From the NCBI GenBank assembly GCA_900759565.1, contig CAAEVV010000043.1, positions 18,851-82,850 of the forward strand: DNA of 64,000 bases, given 5' to 3'. Under the pieces are notes generated by a model. That model was not told the DNA's origin. It did not search any database and saw only the letters and a list, made by a program, of their open reading frames with translations. Source of the DNA: an uncultured Collinsella sp. (lineage in GTDB: Bacteria > Actinomycetota > Coriobacteriia > Coriobacteriales > Coriobacteriaceae). The position numbers and the translations under genes were made by a program. This document shows, piece by piece, positions 31,017 to 38,561 of the stretch. The stretch's first letter is position 1; the number at the start of each line of letters is the position of its first letter.

Positions 31017-31076
31017 GACTAGTCATTGGGGACGTTCTAAAACGATTAGTCATTCAAGAACGTCCCCAATGACTAG
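31017..31076. repeat. REP-like element, family A
   Basis: gactagtcattggggacgttct...agaacgtccccaatgactag. Confidence 0.8.
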
Positions 31077-31132
31077 GTGGGGAAGGCGTGCGACAATGGT
31101 GGGCGTTGTGTTGTTCGCGCTAAGGAGTTGCC

Positions 31133-31948
31133 ATGTTGTTGTGTCCTGTTTGCCATGAGCCGTTGGTGGACAATGAGCGCGGTGCTGCATGCGCGGGCGG
31201 ACACCGGTTTGACCGTGCTCGCGAGGGCTATCTATATCTACTACGTTCGTCCAAGAGCGGCGACTCCATGGGTGATCCCAAGTCGCAGGCGCGCAGCCGT
31301 CGCGACTTTCTGAACCGCGGTTACTATGCGCCGCTGCGCGATGCGATGGTCGAGTTGGTGCGCAAGCAGGTGTCTGGGCGTGCCACGTCTACGGATGGTC
31401 CCATGACGCTGCTCGATATTTGCTGCGGCGAGGGTTACTACACCAGCGCCATGGGCGCGGTGCCGGGCGTGGATGCTTACGGCTTTGACCTGGGCAAAGA
31501 GATGGTGCGCCTGGCCGCCAAGCGCGGCGATGCGACCTATTTTGTGGCCAATATGAAGGACATTCCCGTGGCCGATGGCACCTTCGATATGGTGACCGAG
31601 CTCTTTGCTCCCTTTAACGAGCGCGAGTTTGTCCGCGTGCTGGCGCCCGAGGGCTCTCTTTACACCGTGGTGCCGGGCGCCCGTCATCTCTTTGGTCTCA
31701 AGGAGGTACTCTACGACACGCCGTACCTTAACGATGAGAAGCTGCCGAAGACCACCGAGCTCGAGTTAGTCGGAACGCAGCGGGTATCTGCGAATATTAC
31801 GCTTCAGACGCAGACCGACATTGAGGCGGTGTTCCAGATGACGCCGTACTACTACCGCACGCGCCCTGCCGACAAAGAGCGACTGGCAAACCTCGATACC
31901 CTTCAGACCGACATCGACTTCATCATCGCCGAGTACCGTCACGGCTAA
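31133..31948 (+). CDS. RlmA-like 23S rRNA (guanine-N1)-methyltransferase
   Basis: CPVC..C..GH zinc finger, FDRAREGY, LDICCGEGYY, MTPYY. Confidence 0.85.
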   Translation: MLLCPVCHEPLVDNERGAACAGGHRFDRAREGYLYLLRSSKSGDSMGDPKSQARSRRDFLNRGYYAPLRDAMVELVRKQVSGRATSTDGPMTLLDICCGEGYYTSAMGAVPGVDAYGFDLGKEMVRLAAKRGDATYFVANMKDIPVADGTFDMVTELFAPFNEREFVRVLAPEGSLYTVVPGARHLFGLKEVLYDTPYLNDEKLPKTTELELVGTQRVSANITLQTQTDIEAVFQMTPYYYRTRPADKERLANLDTLQTDIDFIIAEYRHG

Positions 31949-31949
31949 C

Positions 31950-31986
31950 AACCTGCCAAAAAAGGACAGGTTCATTTTGGTAGGTT
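31950..31986. repeat. Imperfect palindrome directly after a stop codon (REP-like)
   Basis: aacctgccaaaa-aaggacaggttca-ttttggtaggtt. Confidence 0.45.
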
Positions 31987-32076
31987 TTATCTGGGAAAAC
32001 GCAAAGGGCCGACCGCGTTAATGCGCGATCGGCCCTTTTTAGTTGCTTGGCTGCAGATGTTATGAGAAGCGGGCGC

Positions 32077-32478
32077 TTACAGGCGGTCCTTGTTCTCGGC
32101 CTTAACGGCGTGTGCCTGCTGAACAAAGAACAGGTCGTAGACCGCGATGACAAAGGCGATGATATTGACGGAGCTGCCGCCGAGTGCGGGAAGCGTGAGC
32201 GCGGCTTGGAGGAGCGTGGCTGCCGCGGCAACGATACCGAGCTTAAATGCGCCGTCTACCTGCGAAGGCTTGTTGGCGCCCTTGATACCGGCGACGCCTG
32301 CGGCAAGGTCGACGAGGCCCTTAACAATCACCACAACAGCGGCGAGCGTGGCGTTCGATCCGTAAGCGGATCCAAAATTGCCGGTAACAATGCCGGCAAT
32401 TCCGATGACGAGGCTGGCGATGCCCAGAACAAAATAAATCAGGGCAAGGATTTTGAGTGTCTTGCGAGCAGTGCTCAT
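32077..32478 (-). CDS. Hypothetical 4-TM membrane protein
   Basis: Hydrophobic 133-aa ORF, AAAGGA RBS, hairpin near 32002-32040 downstream. Confidence 0.75.
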   Translation of the reverse strand: MSTARKTLKILALIYFVLGIASLVIGIAGIVTGNFGSAYGSNATLAAVVVIVKGLVDLAAGVAGIKGANKPSQVDGAFKLGIVAAAATLLQAALTLPALGGSSVNIIAFVIAVYDLFFVQQAHAVKAENKDRL

Positions 32479-32707
32479 AGCTGGTCCTTTCGATGCGGGC
32501 GCGGAGAATCTGTCGCGCCCAGGTTACGGCACATATCGTGAAGCACATTGTAGTTCAACGGGACGATGCATGCGTTTGAAAGCGTCTCTTGCCTGTACGG
32601 TCCAACCTTTCAAAAAGGAAAGCTGGACGTAAGCCAAATCGATGGCAGCTCATGTGCGGCGCTGCGATGATGAGGCCGTAACAAGGAGCTGGTCTCAAGG
32701 AGGAGTC

Positions 32708-32851
32708 ATGATGTACGGAGCAGAGCAAGTACGAGAGCCGCGGTCGCTGGGAAGGCGCATGAGCGATTCTGTGATCGCTGCCGTGTGCACGGGGTTGATG
32801 GCGGTGCTTTGCATTGGGATGCTGTGGGCCATGTCGCATGTGGGACAATAG
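32708..32851 (+). CDS. Small single-TM protein (47 aa)
   Basis: Strong AAGGAGGAG RBS; C-terminal hydrophobic helix. Confidence 0.55.
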   Translation: MMYGAEQVREPRSLGRRMSDSVIAAVCTGLMAVLCIGMLWAMSHVGQ

Positions 32852-32914
32852 CGGACGGTTGGGTGCTGGCATAAACGGCGCCCCGCGTATTCGTTTGTTT
32901 ATTAAGGAGTGTCC

Positions 32915-33619
32915 ATGGGCGTCGTCGATCCCTTTTCTGTTGCTCGGGCCGCGGGGCTTGAGCTGACCGGGAAGCCCGAGGGCCTCACGCTCACCGATGG
33001 CACGATGGAGCTGCGTGCCGATTTTACCCGCATGCTTCCACGGCTCAAGCGGGGCCGTCTGCAGCAAGAGCTGTTGGTAAAGGCTGCGCGCACAAAGGGC
33101 ATCGAGCGCCCATGGGCGATTGATGCCACGGCAGGCTTTGGCGAGGATTCGCTGCTGCTGGCGGCCGCGGGCTTTACCGTCGATCTGTACGAGCAGGATT
33201 GCGTGATCGCGGCGCTGCTCCAGGATGCCCTGGATCGCGCGGCAGATGATCCGGCACTTGCGACAGCCGTGACGCGCATGCGCTTACATGCGGGCGAGGA
33301 CAGTATTGCCGGCCTTTGTCATGCAGCTGAGCTGATCGGGCAGGGCGAACTCACCGCTCCCGACGTGGTGTATCTGGACCCCATGTTTCCCGAACGCACC
33401 AAGAGCGCGGCGGTCAAAAAGAAGTTCCAGCTCCTACATCATCTGGAACAGCCATGCGCCGATGAGGAGACGCTGGTCGAAGCTGCGCTTGCGGTGCATC
33501 CGCGCAAGGTCGTTATCAAGCGGCCGGTGAAGGGGCCGCTGCTTGCCGGCGTTAAGCCGAGCTATCAACTTGCGGGCAAGGCCGTTCGATACGATGTTTT
33601 GGTGCCGCCGCGCCCGTAG
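32915..33619 (+). CDS. RsmJ-like class I SAM-dependent methyltransferase
   Basis: DATAGFGEDS, VYLDPMFP, VVIKRP, RYD. Confidence 0.85.
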   Translation: MGVVDPFSVARAAGLELTGKPEGLTLTDGTMELRADFTRMLPRLKRGRLQQELLVKAARTKGIERPWAIDATAGFGEDSLLLAAAGFTVDLYEQDCVIAALLQDALDRAADDPALATAVTRMRLHAGEDSIAGLCHAAELIGQGELTAPDVVYLDPMFPERTKSAAVKKKFQLLHHLEQPCADEETLVEAALAVHPRKVVIKRPVKGPLLAGVKPSYQLAGKAVRYDVLVPPRP

Positions 33620-33667
33620 CTTGCGTGCGATGGCTGGCGCTCCGTCAGTGCCGTGCCGATGCGGGGC

Positions 33668-33964
33668 CTATTTCCAAGGGTGCGACGTCAGGTGCCAGCC
33701 GCCGCAGTATTCGCATTTGTAGCAGGCTAAGCCGTGCCGCCCGCGGTTTTCGCAGTCGGCCATAACGGCCTCGGCCTCGGCGCGCGTGTCGTAACGGTTT
33801 TTGCGTTCGCACGACTTGTAGCGCCAGGCTTCATTGCGCTCGGCGTTCAGGGCGTCGCGGCGCTCGTCTTCGCGCGCAAACAGGTCGCCCATATCGCCGC
33901 CGGTGGCAGAGCCCAAAAACTCGCTTTTGGCCTTTGACCAGGCGGCTCGCTTTTTGCTTCCCAT
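33668..33964 (-). CDS. Hypothetical protein with putative C/CxxC/H zinc site
   Basis: SCERKNRY...YKCEYCGGWHLTS. Confidence 0.7.
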   Translation of the reverse strand: MGSKKRAAWSKAKSEFLGSATGGDMGDLFAREDERRDALNAERNEAWRYKSCERKNRYDTRAEAEAVMADCENRGRHGLACYKCEYCGGWHLTSHPWK

Positions 33965-34038
33965 CTGCTTCGCGCCCCTCTTCAAACGCTGGTATCATTG
34001 CTCAATCAAAGTGATACCAATAAACGTGAGGCCGCCGC

Positions 34039-34530
34039 GTGATGATCAGAAAAACCCTCGATACCGACATTCCCGCTGTCATGGCTATCTACGACGCTGC
34101 CCGCGCCTTTATGCGCGCGCATGGCAACGCCACGCAATGGCCCGAGGGCACGCCTTCTGCCGAGCAACTGGCTGCCGATATCGCCGCCGGTGGCAGCTAT
34201 GTGTGCGAAGTCGACGGTCGCGTGGTAGCGACGTTTGCCTTTTTACCGGGCCCGGACGAGTGCTATGACGTAATTGAGGACGGGCAATGGCGCAGTGACA
34301 CTCCGTATGCTGTGCTGCACCGTGTGGCGTCCGACGGCACCGCGCACGGTATCGCGGCTGCGATGTTTGCCTTTGCCAAAGAGCGTGCCTATCACCTGCG
34401 TATCGACACGCATCAGGACAACCTGCCCATGCAGGGTGCCATCATAAAGGCCGGCTTTGAGCGCGCTGGTATCGTCTATGTGTCCGACGGCACGGCGCGT
34501 GTCGCGTTCGATTGGCTGCGCGAGGCGTAA
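34039..34530 (+). CDS. GNAT family N-acetyltransferase
   Basis: QW..G.P, VLHRVAS, LRIDTH.DN.PMQ..GF..G. Confidence 0.85.
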   Translation: MMIRKTLDTDIPAVMAIYDAARAFMRAHGNATQWPEGTPSAEQLAADIAAGGSYVCEVDGRVVATFAFLPGPDECYDVIEDGQWRSDTPYAVLHRVASDGTAHGIAAAMFAFAKERAYHLRIDTHQDNLPMQGAIIKAGFERAGIVYVSDGTARVAFDWLREA

Positions 34531-34649
34531 AAGCTGGGCCTTACGGCAACAATTCACTCGAACGACAAATGGCCCAAACGGGGGCAAATTTAGTTGATTG
34601 CGGCGCCTGGGGTGCTTGCCGTGTGGTTGATAATGCTGCGCCTACGCGA

Positions 34650-35075
34650 CTATTCCTTGGGCAGCTCGCTTCCACAATGACAGCACTTGGTCGCGCCCTC
34701 GTGCACCTCTTCCAGGCAATAGGGGCAGACGGGCGCCGGCACGGCTTCCTCAGCGGTGGTGCCGGCCAGCTTATCGCCAATCTCCTGCGCCTTGTTAAAC
34801 GCCTTGACGATGGCAAAGACGATGGCAGCGACAATTAAAAAGTTGATGCACGCGCCAATGAACGCTCCAAAGTCGATATTGGTTCCCGGCACCACCAGCT
34901 CCGAGATCTCGGTGGCGCTGCCGCCGGCAATCACGGAGATAAGCGGGTTGATGATGTTGTCGGTAAGCGAGGTCACGATGGCAGTGAATGCGCCGCCGAT
35001 AATCACGCCGACGGCCATGTCTATCACGTTGCCGCGATTAATGAATTCCTTGAACTCGTTGAGCAATGCCTTCAT
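34650..35075 (-). CDS. mscL: Large-conductance mechanosensitive channel with C-terminal zinc ribbon
   Basis: EFKEFINRGNVIDMAVGVIIGGAF; C-terminal CPYC...CCHC. Confidence 0.92.
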   Translation of the reverse strand: MKALLNEFKEFINRGNVIDMAVGVIIGGAFTAIVTSLTDNIINPLISVIAGGSATEISELVVPGTNIDFGAFIGACINFLIVAAIVFAIVKAFNKAQEIGDKLAGTTAEEAVPAPVCPYCLEEVHEGATKCCHCGSELPKE

Positions 35076-35320
35076 GGTGGCTCCTCGCTGTTGTGAGACT
35101 CGCGTTGCTACCGTCCCAGATGACCCCGGGCAGACAAAAAGGGGAGGTGCCGGCTTTCGCAAGGCGCGAACCTACGAAAATCGCCGCGCGGCAACGCGGG
35201 GCGATGAGCTCGGTCGGGGGATAGGGCCCGCTTCGCCCGCCGGCCCGTAAATTGTATCATCCAGTGTGGAACGAGGGTGCCCGTTGCCGCGTGCGATGAG
35301 CTTGCAATAAGAGGAGAGCC

Positions 35321-37324
35321 ATGTCGAAGCAAGCGGTCGTTGGAATCTTGGCGCATGTCGATGCCGGCAAGACCACGCTGGCCGAGGCCATGCTGTTTAA
35401 CGCGGGCCGCATTCGCAAGCGCGGCCGCGTTGACGATGGCGACTCGCATCTGGATACGAACGAGATTGAGCGTGAGCGCGGCATTACGATCTTCTCGTCG
35501 CAGGCTGTGCTCGACCATGGTGGCACCCACGTTATGCTCGTGGACGCTCCCGGCCATGTCGATTTTTCTGCCGAGGCGGAGCGCACGCTGCGTGCCCTGG
35601 ACTACGCGATTCTGGTGGTAGGCGCCAACGATGGCGTACAGGGGCACACCGAAACCCTGTGGCGCCTGCTTGCGCGCTATGACATCCCGACGTTCATCTT
35701 TATCAACAAGATCGATTTGGAGAATCCCGGCCGCGATGTTTTGCTGGCACAGCTTGGGCAGCGTCTTTCCGAGGGCTGCCTGGATGCCAACGAACTGCTG
35801 GCGGGCGGCACCGTTCAGGAGGATGCTGCTGCGTTAGACGAGGCGGCGCTCGAGGAGTTTCTTGAGGCGGGTGAGCTTTCCTCCGCGACGCTGTCGCGCA
35901 TGGTTGCTGAGCGCAAGCTCTTTCCCTGCTTTGCCGGCTCGGCGCTCAAGGACCAAGGTGTGGACGAGCTGTTGGATGGTATATGCGCGCTGATGCGCGA
36001 ACAGGCGTGGCTCCCGGAGTTTGCCGCCCGCGTCTATCGCGTCAGCCGCGGGGACCGCGGCGAGCGCTTGGCTTGGGTTAAAGTGACCGGCGGCACGCTG
36101 CATGCCAAGCAGGTGATTGGCGGACGTTCCGGTGCCGAGACATGGGAGCAGAAGGTCGATCAGGTACGCATCTATAACGGCGATAAGTATGAGCTTGCCC
36201 AAGAAGTTGCTGCTGGCGGTATTTGTGCCGTGACGGGTCTTGCGCACGTTCGCCCGGGGGACGCCCTGGGCGCGGAGCCCGCGGGCGATGCGCCCGTCAT
36301 TGCGCCGGTCCTCACCTATACGGTACTGCCGGGCGAGCACGATGTCCATACGGTGTTCCAAGCGCTGACCGAGCTTGCCGATGAGGACCCCATGCTCGGC
36401 GTAAGCTGGAATACTCATCTGGAGCATATTCACCTGCAGCTGATGGGCGCCGTGCAACTCGAGGTCGTGCAGCGGGTGTTGGCCGATCGCTTTGGCCTTT
36501 CGGTTGGGTTTGTGTCTGGCGGCATTCTCTATAAGGAGACTATTTCGCAGCCGGTCGAGGGCGTGGGCCACTTTGAGCCACTGCGTCACTATGCTGAGGT
36601 GCATCTACGTCTGGAGCCGTTGCCGGCGGGCTCGGGCGTGCAGTTTGGTACCGTGGCCTCGACCGACGAGCTCGATCTTAACTGGCAGCGTTTGGCACTC
36701 ACCAACGCCATGGAGCGCGATCACCTGGGCGTGCTGACCGGCTCGCCCATCACCGATGTGCGCATTACGCTCATGGGCGGCCGTGCGCATGCCAAACATA
36801 CCGAGGGCGGCGATTTTCGCCAGGCCACGTACCGCGCGATTCGCCAGGGTTTGATGCAGGCGCGCGAGGCCGGCGCGGCGGTGCTGTTGGAGCCGTGGTA
36901 TCGCTTTGAGCTCGAGGTGCCGGGGGAGTGCGTGGGTCGGGCGCTCTCGGATGCCACGCGCATGGGTGCCGAGTACGAGCCGCCGACGATGACGGGAGAC
37001 CGGGCGAAGCTTGTGGGTCGCGTGCCGGCATCCGAGGTGCAGGATTACGCGCTGGAGGTGGCTGCCTACACGAGTGGTCGCGGACATCTGTACCTAGAGT
37101 TCGCCGGCTATTCGGCTTGCCATGATGCCGAGCGCGTAATCGAGACGGCCGCCTATGAGCCCGAGGCCGATCTGCCCAACACGCCCGACTCGGTCTTTTG
37201 CTCTCACGGCGCCGGTTACACGGTCAAATGGTACGACGTGCCCGCCGCGGCGCACGTAAAGATCGATCCCGCCACCTTCCGCCCCTGGCGAGCAGCAGAC
37301 GCCGAGTTTTTCGGCCACATATGA
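35321..37324 (+). CDS. EF-G/TetM-like translational GTPase
   Basis: AHVDAGKTT, ERERGITI, DAPGHVDF, NKID, GHFEPLRHYAEV, HTEGGDFRQA, LLEPW. Confidence 0.85.
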   Translation: MSKQAVVGILAHVDAGKTTLAEAMLFNAGRIRKRGRVDDGDSHLDTNEIERERGITIFSSQAVLDHGGTHVMLVDAPGHVDFSAEAERTLRALDYAILVVGANDGVQGHTETLWRLLARYDIPTFIFINKIDLENPGRDVLLAQLGQRLSEGCLDANELLAGGTVQEDAAALDEAALEEFLEAGELSSATLSRMVAERKLFPCFAGSALKDQGVDELLDGICALMREQAWLPEFAARVYRVSRGDRGERLAWVKVTGGTLHAKQVIGGRSGAETWEQKVDQVRIYNGDKYELAQEVAAGGICAVTGLAHVRPGDALGAEPAGDAPVIAPVLTYTVLPGEHDVHTVFQALTELADEDPMLGVSWNTHLEHIHLQLMGAVQLEVVQRVLADRFGLSVGFVSGGILYKETISQPVEGVGHFEPLRHYAEVHLRLEPLPAGSGVQFGTVASTDELDLNWQRLALTNAMERDHLGVLTGSPITDVRITLMGGRAHAKHTEGGDFRQATYRAIRQGLMQAREAGAAVLLEPWYRFELEVPGECVGRALSDATRMGAEYEPPTMTGDRAKLVGRVPASEVQDYALEVAAYTSGRGHLYLEFAGYSACHDAERVIETAAYEPEADLPNTPDSVFCSHGAGYTVKWYDVPAAAHVKIDPATFRPWRAADAEFFGHI

Positions 37325-37349
37325 CAAAGGGGCAGCTCCTTTGTCATAT
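37319..37349. repeat. REP-like element, family B (contains the GTPase stop codon)
   Basis: atatgacaaagg-ggcagct-cctttgtcatat. Confidence 0.7.
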
Positions 37350-37353
37350 ACTA

Positions 37354-37383
37354 TTGGTATAACTCGGTATAAGTTGGTATAAC
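37354..37383 (+). repeat. 3 x 10-bp tandem repeat upstream of AAA ATPase 1
   Basis: TTGGTATAAC TCGGTATAAG TTGGTATAAC. Confidence 0.75.
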
Positions 37384-37417
37384 TATTGCCAGGGTTTGCC
37401 AATCCGAGGAGGCCGAC

Positions 37418-38536
37418 ATGAATCCAAATCCCTTTAAGCCTACGGCTGGCAAGCGGCCTCCGATACTCATCGGCCGCGAGTCGGTCATCGAAGATTTCGA
37501 GGAAGGGCTCGATAACGGCGCCGGAGCGCCGGGTAGGCTCATGCTCATTACGGGAAACCGCGGCTGTGGCAAGACGGTTCTCCTGCGGGAGCTGCAACGT
37601 CTGGCCAGCGAGCGCGGATGGGCGGTTGTCTCCGATTCCGCTTCGCTTGGCTTATGCGACCGCTTGGCCGACGCGCTTCGCTCGAATAAACCCGTTGTGA
37701 CGTCAATGGAGTTCGGTCCGTCGTTTGGGCGGATGTCGGTCGAGGCGGCGCGAGCAAAGGGCGAGACGTTGCGAGGGCTGGTCAACGAGCGCCTCAAGAA
37801 GCTCGGTCCAGGCAAGGGCATACTGTTTGCGATTGACGAGGCGCAATCTGCGTCTATCGAGGAACTGGCGGCTCTTGCCGTTCTCTATCAGCAGGTGCTC
37901 GGAGACCAGGATGCCACGGGCTTGTCCGATAGCGACCAGCGCGGTCTTGCGCTGGTGTTCGCCGGCTTACCCAGTATGGTTGACGATCTGCTCGAAGAGC
38001 CGAGCGTGACGTTTTTGCGGCGTGCCCAGCAGCGTACGTTGGGGGCGATCTCTTTGCCCAAGGTACGCGATTCATATATCCAGACGGTCAAAGACGCTGG
38101 TCTTTACGTTGACGCGGAGACGGCGGACCTTGCAGCACGCAAGAGCATGGGGCATCCCTATATGGTTCAGCTGGTGGGCTATTACATGTGGCGCTCTGCT
38201 GTCCGACGTGGCTCACAGGTCATCGAAAGGCGCGATGTCGAGGATGGCCATGCGGATGCCGTCTCCGAGTTCTATGAAGCGGTTGACGCGCCCCTGTATT
38301 ACGGGCTGCGCAGTCCACAGCGCCTTTTTATCGAGGCTATGGCGGTTGACGAGAACAAGCCGACGCGCATGGCGGATATCATTGAGCGTTGTGATCGTAC
38401 CCAGAGCTGGGCGAGTAAATATCGCGCAAGCCTGATTCGCGAGCGCGTCATCGAGGCTGCCGGATACGGCCTCGTCCGATTTGCCGTGCCCATGCTGGGC
38501 GCGTACGTTCGCGATCGAGTTTTATGGCATGAGTAG
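37418..38536 (+). CDS. AAA-family ATPase with C-terminal winged-helix (NPFxP..G type)
   Basis: NPFKPTAG, GRE, GNRGCGKT, FAIDEAQ, FLRRA, GHPYMVQLVG, YR..LI..I..G.V.F.P. Confidence 0.85.
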   Translation: MNPNPFKPTAGKRPPILIGRESVIEDFEEGLDNGAGAPGRLMLITGNRGCGKTVLLRELQRLASERGWAVVSDSASLGLCDRLADALRSNKPVVTSMEFGPSFGRMSVEAARAKGETLRGLVNERLKKLGPGKGILFAIDEAQSASIEELAALAVLYQQVLGDQDATGLSDSDQRGLALVFAGLPSMVDDLLEEPSVTFLRRAQQRTLGAISLPKVRDSYIQTVKDAGLYVDAETADLAARKSMGHPYMVQLVGYYMWRSAVRRGSQVIERRDVEDGHADAVSEFYEAVDAPLYYGLRSPQRLFIEAMAVDENKPTRMADIIERCDRTQSWASKYRASLIRERVIEAAGYGLVRFAVPMLGAYVRDRVLWHE

Positions 38537-38561
38537 GGTGATAAAGGTGACGGAACAGAAG

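Noticed and set aside
32600..32660. c-di-GMP-I riboswitch (GAAAG..GGACGTAAGCC..ATGGCAGC resemblance)
   Set aside because: It lacks the GGCAAA 5' element and a proper second stem; the similarity is too weak.
35321..37324. Calling this tetM/tetW
   Set aside because: It has the GHFEPLRHY-type sequence of a distinct chromosomal family, host-like composition, and no mobile context or recognisable leader peptide.
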